A stretch of 64,000 bases of DNA from Bacteroidales bacterium UBA4772 (GTDB lineage: Bacteria > Bacteroidota > Bacteroidia > Bacteroidales > VadinHA17): assembly GCA_002403305.1 (NCBI GenBank), contig DHHM01000007.1:1446-65445 (forward strand), read 5' to 3'. The position numbers were made by a program, and so were the translations under genes. Below the pieces are notes generated by a model. That model was not told the DNA's origin, searched no databases, and saw only the letters and a list, made by a program, of their open reading frames with translations. Of the stretch, positions 1 to 9,935 are shown one piece after another (positions within the stretch are counted from its first letter, which is position 1; each line of letters opens with the position of its first letter).

Positions 1-254
1 TCACTTGCTCCGTAATCTGCCGTGGGGATCATAAACTGCTGTCCGGCATACCAGCTTATATAACCATTCTGAGCATACATAGCCCGATGGATACCGTTCA
101 TAGCCAGCATCATATTATCAACTGACGAGAGTGCTATTGCATTCGTCACAGAGTCTGTAGGAACGGTTTGCAGGAAATCTTCCTCACATGAGCTCAGGCT
201 CAGTGTGATGGCGAAGATTAAGACTAACCTTAAAGTTAAATATTTCGCTTTCAT
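1..254 (-). CDS. RagB/SusD family nutrient-uptake outer membrane lipoprotein (5' part; runs off window)
   Basis: Manually translated from ATG at 254: MKAKYLTLRLVLIFAITLSLSSCEEDFLQTVPTDSVT...; lipobox LSSC followed by EEDFL..P typical of SusD; directly downstream of susC-like gene. Confidence 0.9.
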   Translation of the reverse strand, partial: MKAKYLTLRLVLIFAITLSLSSCEEDFLQTVPTDSVTNAIALSSVDNMMLAMNGIHRAMYAQNGYISWYAGQQFMIPTADYGAS

Positions 255-280
255 TGTCTGTTCTGGTTTAGTTAGATGAA

Positions 281-3200
281 TTAAAACTGCAGATTAAGTC
301 CTATGATCATTGACCGGCTTGGACTGTAGGCAAACTCGCTCTGTGTTCCGTTGAAGTTGTAGGTTGGGTTCATACCTTTTCTTGCTGCAACCAGATAGAG
401 GTTCTCACCTGTAGCAAACACAGTTAACTGTCCCACTCCGAATCTGTTGAGAAGCTGTTTCGGAAGAGCATAGCTTAAGGTCACGTTCTTGATATTGAAG
501 TAGTCAGATGATACCAGGAAATAGTCCGATGTAGCATAAAGGTTGGCGTTGGCATACTGCAGCCTTGGGAAGTCTGTTACATCACCGGGATTTTTCCATG
601 AATTCTTGACATCCGGATGAAAAGACTCACCGGCTGTTGCAGCAAGCATTCCCTGGTAAACGCCATCAATCATCTGGCCTCCCAGTGAATAGGTGAACAG
701 GGTACTCAATGTGAAACCCTTATAGGTAATGAGATTTCCTATCGATCCCTGAAGGTCAGGAAATGCAGAAGCTCCCACGTAGCCATATCCGGCTGCACTC
801 TGGTCTTTGGTAAGCACCGGGTCGCCATTGGCGTCGTAGGAGAGCTGTGAACCTGTCACGTTGCCTTCCTCATCGGTTATGTCTTCCCACACATGGAACC
901 TGGTGGCACCGTCAGTAGGATCAACATCGTAGAATTTTCTTAGCCAGAAATCATAAACAGAATGGCCTACTGACCATCTTTTGGTACCATCAACGAAGGG
1001 ATCGGGAATAAAAGTGATCTCGTTCCTGAGGGTTGAGGCTATAAGGGTCAGGTTCCACCTGAAGTCACTGGTGCGCACTACGTCACCATTGACATTGAAC
1101 TCCCATCCCCTGTTAAACAGAGCAGCAATGTTCCTGGGCTGACTCAGCAGACCCATTGTAGAAGGCAGAGGCATATCGTACAACAGGTCATCAGATTTTC
1201 TGTTGTACCACTCAACACTTGCATTGACCCTGTTGAAAAGAGAGAAATCAAGGGCAATATCAAAAGTCTTGTTTACCTCCCAGGTTAAAGCAGCGTTACC
1301 GACAGTCTCCCAGCGTATGCCCGGTGAAGTGGCGTTAGGATAGGTGCCGTAAAGGGCCTGGTAACCATAGGAACCGATATTGTCATTTCCTACCTCACCG
1401 TATGATGCCCTCAGCTTCAGGTTATCGATCCAGGGAATATTGGCCATAAACTGCTCTTCGCTGATTCTCCAGCTACCACCCACAGAGAAGAAGTCACCCC
1501 ATCTGACGCTTCTGTCGAAGGCTGAGGAACCATCCCTGCGGTAGGAACCTTCAATATAGTACCTGTTGTCGTAGTTATACTTCAGCCTTCCGAAGTACCC
1601 TTCAGTTCTCTTGTCAGTAGTATAACTTGTGTTTGTTGAGGTGTTGACAAAGTTATTCAACTCATATATTCCGGTAACAATAAACTGGTTCTTGAAGCCT
1701 CTCTGGTAAGTGTACTCCCTGGAGTAGGATTCGTGACCCAACAGGGCTGCAAAGTTATGTACACCCATAAAGGATTTTTCATAATTAAGCAGCTGGTTGA
1801 AGTTTACTGAGGTCCTGATGTAACGTGACTCATCCATCCTGGCAGTTGGGGCTCCGTCACCAATCTTTGGATTTTCATAGCCTTTGTAATGATAGTTTTG
1901 CAGATCAATACTGGCATTTACTGTAGCAGTAAGACCCTCAAGAATCGTTAGAGTGGTATAAATTCTGTTACCCAGGTTATTTCTATTGTATTCATCACTG
2001 TTCCAGTTCAGTTCCGCTATTGCATGCCTCCCCTGGTTTATGGGCCTTGAATAGAGCCCGCCGTCATCGTACTGTTTTTCCCCTGCACCGTCGAGTATAT
2101 ATTCACCCGTAGCCTGGTCAACAAGGTAAATAGGATAGATAGGCGCCGTCATCCTGGCATTTCTGAAGGGGTTGGCATAGGTAGCAGACTCTTGGGTACC
2201 AACATCACTGTCTTCCAGTGAAGCATACATGTTGGCCCCGATCTTCAGCCATTTCTTAACATCATAATCGAGATTCAACCTGGTGCTTATGCGTTCGAAG
2301 TCAGATTTAATGGTATAACCTCTCTCGTCCAGATAACCCAGGGAGTAGAAATAGCTTACCTTTTTGCTTCCACCGGCAAGATTCAGATCATAGTTCTGCC
2401 TGTAACCTGTCTGCATTGCGGGCTCATACCAGTCGAGATCAGGAAAACCAATCTTCGCATTGGGGTTTATCTTTCCGTCAGAACCAACGATCTGGTTGTT
2501 GGGCGTACCCACGAAAGGATTATACCTGAGCTGGGAAAAAATATTCTCATAAGCATATGTTCTTGCTTCTCCTATAGTTGCGTTGGTACCGGCCCAGAAC
2601 CTGGTCTGTGCATAGGCCTCAGCCTGTAGCTCATAATAATCAAAGGCATCAACCGACTCATAATGCGGAAGTGACTGGCTGACCAGTCCGGCCTGTGCTT
2701 TTATGCTGACAACCAGATTATCGCTGCCTTTGGTCCCGCTTTTGGTCGTGATAATGATTACCCCGTTTGCTGCACGTGATCCGTAAAGGGCTGTTGATGA
2801 TGCATCCTTGAGTATTGTCATGGATTCAATATCGCCCGGATTAATACTCGCCAGGCTTCCTGAGTACTCAGCTCCGTCAAGCACTATGAGCGGATCGGAA
2901 GATGTGTTTAAGGTCCCTAATCCACGGATCTGGATATCAGGGGAGCTGCCCGGCTGGCCTGAACCGGCTGTAGTCTGCACCCCGCTGGTGGAACCGATCA
3001 ATATTTGTCCAACAGAAGATATTGAGCGACCTTCCAGCTTCTTGGAGTCGATCACAGCAGCAGACCCAGTCAGAGATTCTTTTCTGACCGTACCGTAGGC
3101 AACTACCATTACCTCTTCCAGACCCAGAACGTCGGGTTCCAGTGTTGCATCCACAACAGACCCGGAAATGGGAAGCGTAAGTGTTTTCATCCCGACAAAG

Positions 3201-3424
3201 GAGAAAACCAGCCTGGCAGCGTTGGCCGGAACATCCAGGGTGTACCGTCCGTCGAAATCAGACATTGTTCCCAAAGTCAAGCCCTCTACAACGATCGATA
3301 CTCCCGGTAGTGGCAGTCCATCCTCTGCGGAAGTAACCGTACCGGATACTTGCCTGGTTTGTGCATTCAGCGCCAAACCGCAGATCAATAGCAGTAGTGA
3401 CAAAAGAATTGCTGTTCTTTTCAT
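281..3424 (-). CDS. SusC/RagA family TonB-linked outer membrane protein
   Basis: Signal peptide, N-terminal CarboxypepD-like domain (VSGTVTSAEDGLPLPGVSIVVEG), plug motif ILKDASSTALYGSRAANGVIIITTKSG, C-terminal barrel strand GLNLQF. Confidence 0.97.
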   Translation of the reverse strand: MKRTAILLSLLLLICGLALNAQTRQVSGTVTSAEDGLPLPGVSIVVEGLTLGTMSDFDGRYTLDVPANAARLVFSFVGMKTLTLPISGSVVDATLEPDVLGLEEVMVVAYGTVRKESLTGSAAVIDSKKLEGRSISSVGQILIGSTSGVQTTAGSGQPGSSPDIQIRGLGTLNTSSDPLIVLDGAEYSGSLASINPGDIESMTILKDASSTALYGSRAANGVIIITTKSGTKGSDNLVVSIKAQAGLVSQSLPHYESVDAFDYYELQAEAYAQTRFWAGTNATIGEARTYAYENIFSQLRYNPFVGTPNNQIVGSDGKINPNAKIGFPDLDWYEPAMQTGYRQNYDLNLAGGSKKVSYFYSLGYLDERGYTIKSDFERISTRLNLDYDVKKWLKIGANMYASLEDSDVGTQESATYANPFRNARMTAPIYPIYLVDQATGEYILDGAGEKQYDDGGLYSRPINQGRHAIAELNWNSDEYNRNNLGNRIYTTLTILEGLTATVNASIDLQNYHYKGYENPKIGDGAPTARMDESRYIRTSVNFNQLLNYEKSFMGVHNFAALLGHESYSREYTYQRGFKNQFIVTGIYELNNFVNTSTNTSYTTDKRTEGYFGRLKYNYDNRYYIEGSYRRDGSSAFDRSVRWGDFFSVGGSWRISEEQFMANIPWIDNLKLRASYGEVGNDNIGSYGYQALYGTYPNATSPGIRWETVGNAALTWEVNKTFDIALDFSLFNRVNASVEWYNRKSDDLLYDMPLPSTMGLLSQPRNIAALFNRGWEFNVNGDVVRTSDFRWNLTLIASTLRNEITFIPDPFVDGTKRWSVGHSVYDFWLRKFYDVDPTDGATRFHVWEDITDEEGNVTGSQLSYDANGDPVLTKDQSAAGYGYVGASAFPDLQGSIGNLITYKGFTLSTLFTYSLGGQMIDGVYQGMLAATAGESFHPDVKNSWKNPGDVTDFPRLQYANANLYATSDYFLVSSDYFNIKNVTLSYALPKQLLNRFGVGQLTVFATGENLYLVAARKGMNPTYNFNGTQSEFAYSPSRSMIIGLNLQF

Positions 3425-3473
3425 AGAAATAGTTTTTAGGTTAGTTTACAATCACTTGAAATGATCAAGCCGT

Positions 3474-3481
3474 CAAAAATA
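3474..3481 (-). promoter_or_regulatory. Bacteroidota housekeeping promoter -7 box (TATTTTTG) for susC-like gene
   Basis: Exact TAnnTTTG on minus strand 50 nt upstream of ATG. Confidence 0.6.
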
Positions 3482-3603
3482 GTATTATGTTATTATTTCT
3501 AAACAAAAAGGTGCTTTTTTTAACTTTTTTTTACCAATCTGGCCAGAGATTCACTGATAAAAATTCACAATCAGCCTCTGTAACCGCATATCAATGAAGA
3601 TAA

Positions 3604-5292
3604 TCACACACTCTCCCTTACTTTACGCAGCAGGTCATCCTCGGCTTCTGAGGCCCTGACATCAATCTCCCGGCCCTCAGCGAGAAGCGAATCAGCAAAA
3701 GCTCTGTCATGCAGTCCTTTAACATTGATACGCACATTCAGGAAGGCCCCCCTTATACATGCTCTCGTAGCCAGTACCCCTACTGCCGCATCAGTAACTG
3801 AGTTGGGATTTCCCTTGTTGATCATCTCTGCCAGGAGCTCAAAGTTATTGCAGGCCTCCTTCATCACTGTCAGCGGCACCAGCGATGCCTGCTTCGTCGC
3901 CTCCTCCACGGCAGCGGATCTGGCAGCCTTCTCCTCCTCACTGCCTTTGGGCATGCCGAAAGCATCAAGGATGGCATTGTAGGCATCAGTGTCCTCATCA
4001 ACGAGCTCCAGCAGTCGTGTCTGCATCTGCACTCCCCTTTCGGCCCATGAGGCAAACTCCTCCCAGCGGTCGTCCCATCCCCGCTTGTGGCTGGAGAGAT
4101 TGGCCACCATCGTACCCAGCGCCGCTCCCATGGCTCCCATGGCAGCAGAGACAGACCCTCCGCCCGGGGCAGGCGACTCGGACGATGTCTCCCGGACAAA
4201 CGATGCAAGCGAAAGATCGACAAGCCTGTTGACGCTCTTGTCGCGCAGTATGTACTCTATTATCTCTTCATCAGGATTGAACGGTTTCAGCTCCGAAAGA
4301 CCCATGGACCTGACGGCTGTGTCTATCAGTTCTGCGTCGGAGACACCTGCCGAGCGCTGCTGCTTATGCAGAAAGTACCTTCCGGCATCCAGCATGGCCT
4401 TAAGGGGGATCAACCCCACCAGCTCCGAACCTGTCACTCTTACCCCCCTGGCATCAGCCTTACGGCACACCTCATCAAACGCCACATGTACAGGCGTCAC
4501 TGATATATTGGTGAGGTTCATGGATATCTGCGCAAACCGGTACTCGGGTATATACCACCCTATGGCCTTGACTGCCTTCAGCGAACCGGGGATCATTACA
4601 GGCGCACCGTCAGTATCTTTTACCACCTTGCCTGTGATGGGATTCCCTTCCCGCTTCTCGCGTCCACGCTCCCTGACATCAAAGGCAATGGCGTTGGCAC
4701 GGCGTACCGAAGTGGTGTTGAGATTGACGTTGAAGGCCACGAGGAAATCGCGTGCCCCCACAATGACGGCTCCGGCACCGGCATCAAAGCGTGCCGGACC
4801 GAAATCAGGTTTCCAGGAAGGATCTTCAAGCTTCTTCTTAAGTCCTTCATATTCACCTGCTCTCACAGTGGCCAGGTTCCTTCTCTTTTCTTCAAGGGCG
4901 GCAGCCTCGTAACAGTAGACCGGCAGCGAGAGCTCCTCTCCTATCCTCTTCGCCAACCCGCGTGCCAACTCAGCCGTCTCCTCCATGGTGATACCTGCAA
5001 CAGGCACCAGTGGGCAGACATCAGTGGCTCCGAGACGCGGATGGGCACCGCTATGCTTTGACATGTCAATCACCTGCGAGGCCCTGCGTACAGCCCTGTA
5101 GGCTGCCTCGCATACCGCCTCAGGCTCACCGACAAATGTCACAACCGTTCGGTTGGTGTCGCGACCGGGATCAACATCCAGGAGCCTCACCCCTTCAACG
5201 GATTCAATCTCATCAGTAATCTCTCTTATCTTTTCCATATCACGCCCCTCACTGAAATTGGGCACACATTCTATAATCCGGTTTCTGTTCAT
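3604..5292 (-). CDS. ftcD: Glutamate formimidoyltransferase / formiminotetrahydrofolate cyclodeaminase (bifunctional FTCD)
   Basis: IIECVPNFSEGR, HPRLGATDVCPLVP, QISMNLTN; C-terminal cyclodeaminase PAPGGGSVSA...NVRIN. Confidence 0.95.
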   Translation of the reverse strand: MNRNRIIECVPNFSEGRDMEKIREITDEIESVEGVRLLDVDPGRDTNRTVVTFVGEPEAVCEAAYRAVRRASQVIDMSKHSGAHPRLGATDVCPLVPVAGITMEETAELARGLAKRIGEELSLPVYCYEAAALEEKRRNLATVRAGEYEGLKKKLEDPSWKPDFGPARFDAGAGAVIVGARDFLVAFNVNLNTTSVRRANAIAFDVRERGREKREGNPITGKVVKDTDGAPVMIPGSLKAVKAIGWYIPEYRFAQISMNLTNISVTPVHVAFDEVCRKADARGVRVTGSELVGLIPLKAMLDAGRYFLHKQQRSAGVSDAELIDTAVRSMGLSELKPFNPDEEIIEYILRDKSVNRLVDLSLASFVRETSSESPAPGGGSVSAAMGAMGAALGTMVANLSSHKRGWDDRWEEFASWAERGVQMQTRLLELVDEDTDAYNAILDAFGMPKGSEEEKAARSAAVEEATKQASLVPLTVMKEACNNFELLAEMINKGNPNSVTDAAVGVLATRACIRGAFLNVRINVKGLHDRAFADSLLAEGREIDVRASEAEDDLLRKVRESV

Positions 5293-5309
5293 ATAATAAT
5301 AAGGTATTT

Positions 5310-5345
5310 GTGATTTGCGAATTGCGAATTGCGATTTTCGATTTT
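5310..5345. repeat. Degenerate 7-bp tandem repeat (ATTGCGA-type)
   Basis: gatttgcgaattgcgaattgcgattttcgatttt. Confidence 0.7.
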
Positions 5346-5466
5346 GACTGCCGTCTACAATACTAAAAGGCCTACAGCCTATAATTGAAACTTATTATTA
5401 CTTTAAGACACCGATACGTCTTCCGACTATCGGGGCAGGCTTCACAACCTATTGCCGACTGCTTTT

Positions 5467-5536
5467 AGCCACCGAAGCCTTCTTCGACATCCGACTCCGA
5501 CGGACGAAGTCCGTAGTTTTAACGTAGGATGTGGCT
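5467..5536. repeat. Multi-hairpin palindromic element between hutI and ftcD
   Basis: Stems AGCCAC/GTGGCT, CGAAG/CTTCG, ACATCC/GGATGT, ACGGAC-gaa-GTCCGT. Confidence 0.5.
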
Positions 5537-6795
5537 CAGGTGGCCGACTGCCGACTGATAGCAACCACCCCATCCAGTATCACGGTCTCCACAAGGTTAC
5601 TTCCATAAGCATAGGGCATATACTCATATGACGGTATCTTTTTGGTTATGAATAAATTTGCCTTTTTACCAACGGTGATTGAGCCGTGTGTCTCCGACAG
5701 TCCCATGGCATATGCGGAGTTGAGGGTCACGGCATTTATCGCCTCCTCCGGCAGCATACGCAACCTGATACAACCCAGCGACATCACCAGTTTCATGTTA
5801 CCCGAAGGCGACGAGCCCGGATTGTAATCGCTGGCCAGTGCGACAGGCAGTCCTGCATCGATCATCTTCCGTGCCGGAGGGTCGGTCATACCGAGGAAGA
5901 AGGCGGCACCGGGGAGCAGTGTGGGCATGGTTCCGCTTCCTGCCAGGGCAGCAATCTCATCATCACCGGCAAACTCCAGATGATCCACCGAGAGAGCCCC
6001 GTGCTTCACTCCCGCCTGTATGCCTCCCGAATAGTCCAGCTCGTTGGCGTGTATCCTGGGAACCATGCCGTGACGGGCACCGGCTTCGAGGATGCGCTCC
6101 GTCTCCTCCACCGTGAAAAAGCCCCTGTCGCAGAAGACGTCTATATAGTCGGCCAGTTTCTCAGCAGCTATGGCAGGAATCATTTCATCAACTATCAGGT
6201 TAACATAGCCGCTCCTGTTATCACTGTATTCGGCGGGAAAGGCATGTGCGCCGAGAAATGTTGACTTCACCGTCAGGGGCGACTCCTCCTTTATCCTCCG
6301 TATCACCCTGAGCATCTTAAGCTCATCCTCCGTTGTCAGGCCGTAGCCGCTCTTTATCTCCACGGCTCCGGTGCCAAACGAGATTATCTCCCTGACACGC
6401 TCCATCGACTGCCGGAAGAGCTCCTCCCCGGATGTTTCATGCAACAGCTTCGCTGAGTTGAGAATACCGCCTCCCCGCTTTGCTATCTCCTCGTAAGAGA
6501 GACCCCTGATCTTGTCGGTGTACTCTTTCTCCCTGCTTCCGGCATAGACAAGGTGGGTATGCGAATCGCAAAAGGCAGGAAAGAGATATCCTCCTCCGGC
6601 ATCGATCTTCGTGAGGTCACTGGCAACAGAGGGCATGCTTTCGGGAGGTCCGAAGCCGGCAATGATGCCGTTTTCAATCAGCAGCCATCCCTTTTCAATG
6701 ACGGGCAGCTGTGACATATCTCTCCCTGCCACGAAGGCAACGGGCTCTTCCCTGGTCTGAACCAGCATCCCCGTGTTGTGAATAAGAAGACTCAT
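5536..6795 (-). CDS. hutI: Imidazolonepropionase
   Basis: DSHTHLVYAG, EIKSGYGL, TFLGAHA, DVFCDRGFF, ASDYNPGSSP amidohydrolase motifs; next to ftcD. Confidence 0.97.
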   Translation of the reverse strand: MSLLIHNTGMLVQTREEPVAFVAGRDMSQLPVIEKGWLLIENGIIAGFGPPESMPSVASDLTKIDAGGGYLFPAFCDSHTHLVYAGSREKEYTDKIRGLSYEEIAKRGGGILNSAKLLHETSGEELFRQSMERVREIISFGTGAVEIKSGYGLTTEDELKMLRVIRRIKEESPLTVKSTFLGAHAFPAEYSDNRSGYVNLIVDEMIPAIAAEKLADYIDVFCDRGFFTVEETERILEAGARHGMVPRIHANELDYSGGIQAGVKHGALSVDHLEFAGDDEIAALAGSGTMPTLLPGAAFFLGMTDPPARKMIDAGLPVALASDYNPGSSPSGNMKLVMSLGCIRLRMLPEEAINAVTLNSAYAMGLSETHGSITVGKKANLFITKKIPSYEYMPYAYGSNLVETVILDGVVAISRQSAT

Positions 6796-7105
6796 GGCAC
6801 AGGCTTTTTAGAGTGCACTAAGGTAGCAATATTAAAAATATTAGGTTATGAGCATCATTTTTCTTTATTTTTACATCCGCGATAATGAACCCGATGGCAC
6901 CCGCCTGCTACAAGGACACAGAAAAGCCTCATCTCCCTTTACAAACGAGGTCTGCTTTGCCGTCTGGCGCGCGAGGCCAATTCACCTTAAAAATCCAAAT
7001 CATCTGAATATGAAACCCACATGATTGACCACAATCACAAACACGAATAAATATAATTTACAATCATGTGTGGTTCCATCATACCTTTAAAATCAAAATT
7101 ATATT

Positions 7106-8452
7106 ATGATGAAAAAACTCCCAATCATTCTGATCACTCTCTTGCTCACGGCATCTGCCGGCGCCCAGGATGCAAAGACCGGATGGAACTTCGGTGCACT
7201 GCCGGCAGTCACCTTCAGCACCGACCAGGGCTTCCAGTACGGGGCGCTGGTAAACCTGTTCGATTACGGTGACGGGTCAATCTACCCCGAATACTATCAC
7301 AGAATCTATGTCGAAGCCTCGACATTTACGAAGGGCAGCTCAATACTCAGGATAGCATATGATTCAGACTATCTCATAAAAGGAATAAGGTATGCCGTTG
7401 ACCTCAGCTACCTGCCTGACTTCGCCTACGATTTCTACGGCTTCAATGGCTACGGATCAATCTATACCAAAGAGTGGGTGGATGATGAGACAGCCACAGA
7501 CTACCGCAGCCGCCTCTTCTATGCCATGAAGCGTCACCTCTTCCGTTTTAAGAACGACTTCATCGGAGACATAGGTGAAAACAACTGGCACTGGAATGCC
7601 GGGCTGAGCATACAACAGTTCAGGACCGACAATCTCGACGTGACGAAATTCAATAAAGGCAGGGAAGAGGGAGATCCTAAGTATCTCGATCCTCTGGAGC
7701 CGACGCTCTTCGAGTATTACAAGGGTGCAGGCATCATATCTCCTGAAGAGGCCGACGGCGGCTGGATAACCGGACTCAAGGGCGGCATCTCATATGACTC
7801 GCGCGACCAGCGAGCCAGCCCGATGAAGGGCATCTGGGCCGAGACAGGGGTGGAAGTAGTGCCCGGTTTTTTAGCGACAGAATCGAGCTTCGGCAAACTT
7901 TACTTCACCTGGAGACAGTATTTCACTCTTAAGGAGAATGACCTGAGCTTCGCCTACAGGCTGGGATACCAGACCACACTGTTTGGCGACGTTCCATTCT
8001 ACTATCAGGGCCAGATGATAGTGTCCGAGCTGAGGGGATCATCCTCCGAAGGCCTCGGAGGCAGCAAGACGCTCCGTGGCTTACTGAGAAACAGGGTGGT
8101 GGGCGACGGGTTCCTCTACGGTAACGCAGAGCTGCGCTGGAAGATGGTACGCTTCCGCTTCATCAACCAGAATTTCTACCTGGGCACCAACTACTTCGTC
8201 GATGCCGGTATGGTAACCTCTCCCGTTGATGTTGACATCCCTGCATTTCAGGATTACCTTAATTACAACTTCGCAGGAGAGCAGGCCAGTAACTATCTGC
8301 AGGATGTGAAAGACACACCCCACATCGCTGCCGGCCTCGGCTTGAAGATAGCCATGAATGAGAATTTCATCATCTCCGCCGATATCGGCAAAGCCCTGAA
8401 GGCACAGGACGGCGATATGGAGTTCTATATCGGACTCAACTATCTCTTTTAG
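7106..8452 (+). CDS. Omp85/BamA-TamA superfamily beta-barrel outer membrane protein (no POTRA domains evident)
   Basis: Signal peptide; YDSRD, LGGSKTLRG (loop-6 xRG motif), GNAELRW; C-terminal YIGLNYLF. Confidence 0.8.
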   Translation: MMKKLPIILITLLLTASAGAQDAKTGWNFGALPAVTFSTDQGFQYGALVNLFDYGDGSIYPEYYHRIYVEASTFTKGSSILRIAYDSDYLIKGIRYAVDLSYLPDFAYDFYGFNGYGSIYTKEWVDDETATDYRSRLFYAMKRHLFRFKNDFIGDIGENNWHWNAGLSIQQFRTDNLDVTKFNKGREEGDPKYLDPLEPTLFEYYKGAGIISPEEADGGWITGLKGGISYDSRDQRASPMKGIWAETGVEVVPGFLATESSFGKLYFTWRQYFTLKENDLSFAYRLGYQTTLFGDVPFYYQGQMIVSELRGSSSEGLGGSKTLRGLLRNRVVGDGFLYGNAELRWKMVRFRFINQNFYLGTNYFVDAGMVTSPVDVDIPAFQDYLNYNFAGEQASNYLQDVKDTPHIAAGLGLKIAMNENFIISADIGKALKAQDGDMEFYIGLNYLF

Positions 8453-8546
8453 TCGGCAGTCGGCAGTCGGCAGTCGGCAGTCGGCAGTCCGTGTAAGCCA
8501 CTCATTTAGTGAATACTGCGGACTGTAGACTGTAGACTGTAGACTA
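8450..8546. repeat. Opposed heptamer tandem repeats (AGTCGGC)x5 and (GACTGTA)x4 forming an imperfect inverted repeat between convergent genes
   Basis: agtcggcagtcggcagtcggcagtcggcagtcggcagtccg ... cggactgtagactgtagactgtagacta. Confidence 0.85.
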
Positions 8547-9836
8547 CAGCTTGCCCAGCCACATGCCGAAGGCTACACCAATATAGTTACCCAGGATCCA
8601 TCCTATCATGCCTGTTGCCAGCCCTGTGAGGATGATATCCTTGTTCTTCAGGGCGGCGGCAACCATCGGTACAAAGGGCGGTGAATAGACAAAACCGGTG
8701 GTCGTGATCAGGTAATCATCGACTGATATCCTGAATACCCACGAGAGAAACAGGTGCAGCAGCAGTGAGCCGAAATAGGCATATGTTACGAAGAGGAGAA
8801 GATTCAGGTACTTGGCCTGAAAGATCACGCTCAGGTCGCACCTGGTGGCAATGACGATGGAAAATGCGATGATGAAGTACATGCCCAGCTGAAACGTCTT
8901 CCTTATATCCCTGATCCGTTTGATGAAGGAGGCAGCAACACCCAGGGTCGTTATCGCCAGTATCACCGAGATAGTCATAGGTACCTTGGGAAAAAGAAAA
9001 CTGACACCAAGCCCCATTGCCAGTATTACTATCGCAATCCCCATTGCTCCAAGAAGAGGCAGCGCTGTCTCCTTTTTAAAGATACCGGTATAATCGTCAA
9101 AATCTTCAGCCATCTGCTCACTCACAGCCTTGAAGTCAGCTTGTTTAGCGGTCATGGATGCAGGCGCCTTGAAGGGTGGAAGGAAGAGTCTGAAGAAGGC
9201 CGGCCCTGCTGATATAAAGAAAAGTATGACCACGGCTCCGACTATCATGTCATAGGTATTGGTCATAATAAAGGCATTCGGCTCTACCTTAAGTGCCAGG
9301 GCTATTGAGGCCAGGTTTACCGAACCGCCGGTGTAGAGTCCTATCAGCATCCCTCCTATCCTGTCTGATCCTTCGACCTTATCCCTGAAAATAAGATAAC
9401 CGGTGGCCACTATCACCATCACGGATATCAGTGCCAGCAACATTGAGAGAAAGCCTTTGCCCGAGAACCTCAGCCACCTCCTCACATTGAGAGAAAAGAG
9501 TATCAGGGGTATGGCCAGCAATACCAGTGCCGTTTGCATGCTGTCCTGAACGGCAGCAATGCTGTTGTATCGCAGATCACTCTGCGAAAGGGTGCCTGCC
9601 GCAACCATCTCCACCGCTTCTGATTTGGGGATATACGACCTGTCATGGCCTATTGTGGCTTCGCGGAAAGCATCACTGCTGCGCGGCATGATGCCCACAT
9701 TGGCAATAATGATACCAACGGCATAGGCCAGTACTATCGTACCGAGCTTCCTGAAGAAGGCATATTTCCCGGTGAGCCAGATAAGGAAAGCGGGAAAGAC
9801 AAGGCAGAAGAGGGCCAGGAGGATAAGGGTCAGCAT
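8544..9836 (-). CDS. DUF819 family multi-pass membrane protein
   Basis: Many TM helices; GLYTGGSVNLASIALAL and SPPFVPMVAAAL motifs; start moved to ATG 9836 because the ORF-track 5' extension overlaps a terminator. Confidence 0.8.
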   Translation of the reverse strand: MLTLILLALFCLVFPAFLIWLTGKYAFFRKLGTIVLAYAVGIIIANVGIMPRSSDAFREATIGHDRSYIPKSEAVEMVAAGTLSQSDLRYNSIAAVQDSMQTALVLLAIPLILFSLNVRRWLRFSGKGFLSMLLALISVMVIVATGYLIFRDKVEGSDRIGGMLIGLYTGGSVNLASIALALKVEPNAFIMTNTYDMIVGAVVILFFISAGPAFFRLFLPPFKAPASMTAKQADFKAVSEQMAEDFDDYTGIFKKETALPLLGAMGIAIVILAMGLGVSFLFPKVPMTISVILAITTLGVAASFIKRIRDIRKTFQLGMYFIIAFSIVIATRCDLSVIFQAKYLNLLLFVTYAYFGSLLLHLFLSWVFRISVDDYLITTTGFVYSPPFVPMVAAALKNKDIILTGLATGMIGWILGNYIGVAFGMWLGKL

Positions 9837-9857
9837 GGCGGTCAGTTTTAGTCCAGC

Positions 9858-9896
9858 TAAAATAAATAAAGCCTCCTGCACGGAATGCAGGAGGCT
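9858..9896 (-). terminator. Rho-independent terminator downstream of fabI
   Basis: Hairpin AGCCTCCTGCA-5nt-TGCAGGAGGCT followed on minus strand by TTTATTTATTTT. Confidence 0.8.
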
Positions 9897-9935
9897 GACA
9901 AAAGAGGTTTTTATACCTAATAGGTGTAAGTATTA

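Noticed and set aside
3989-4912. 307-aa + strand ORF and other long antisense ORFs (19670..20455, 31366..32124, 59118..59948, 62368..63120)
   Set aside because: Shadow frames opposite well-supported genes, with no recognisable motifs
6885-7007. 40-codon ORF (MNPMAPACYKD...) and TGGCAC...TGC motif upstream of the Omp85 gene
   Set aside because: No protein-like features; GG-to-GC spacing is 9 rather than the 10 needed for sigma-54
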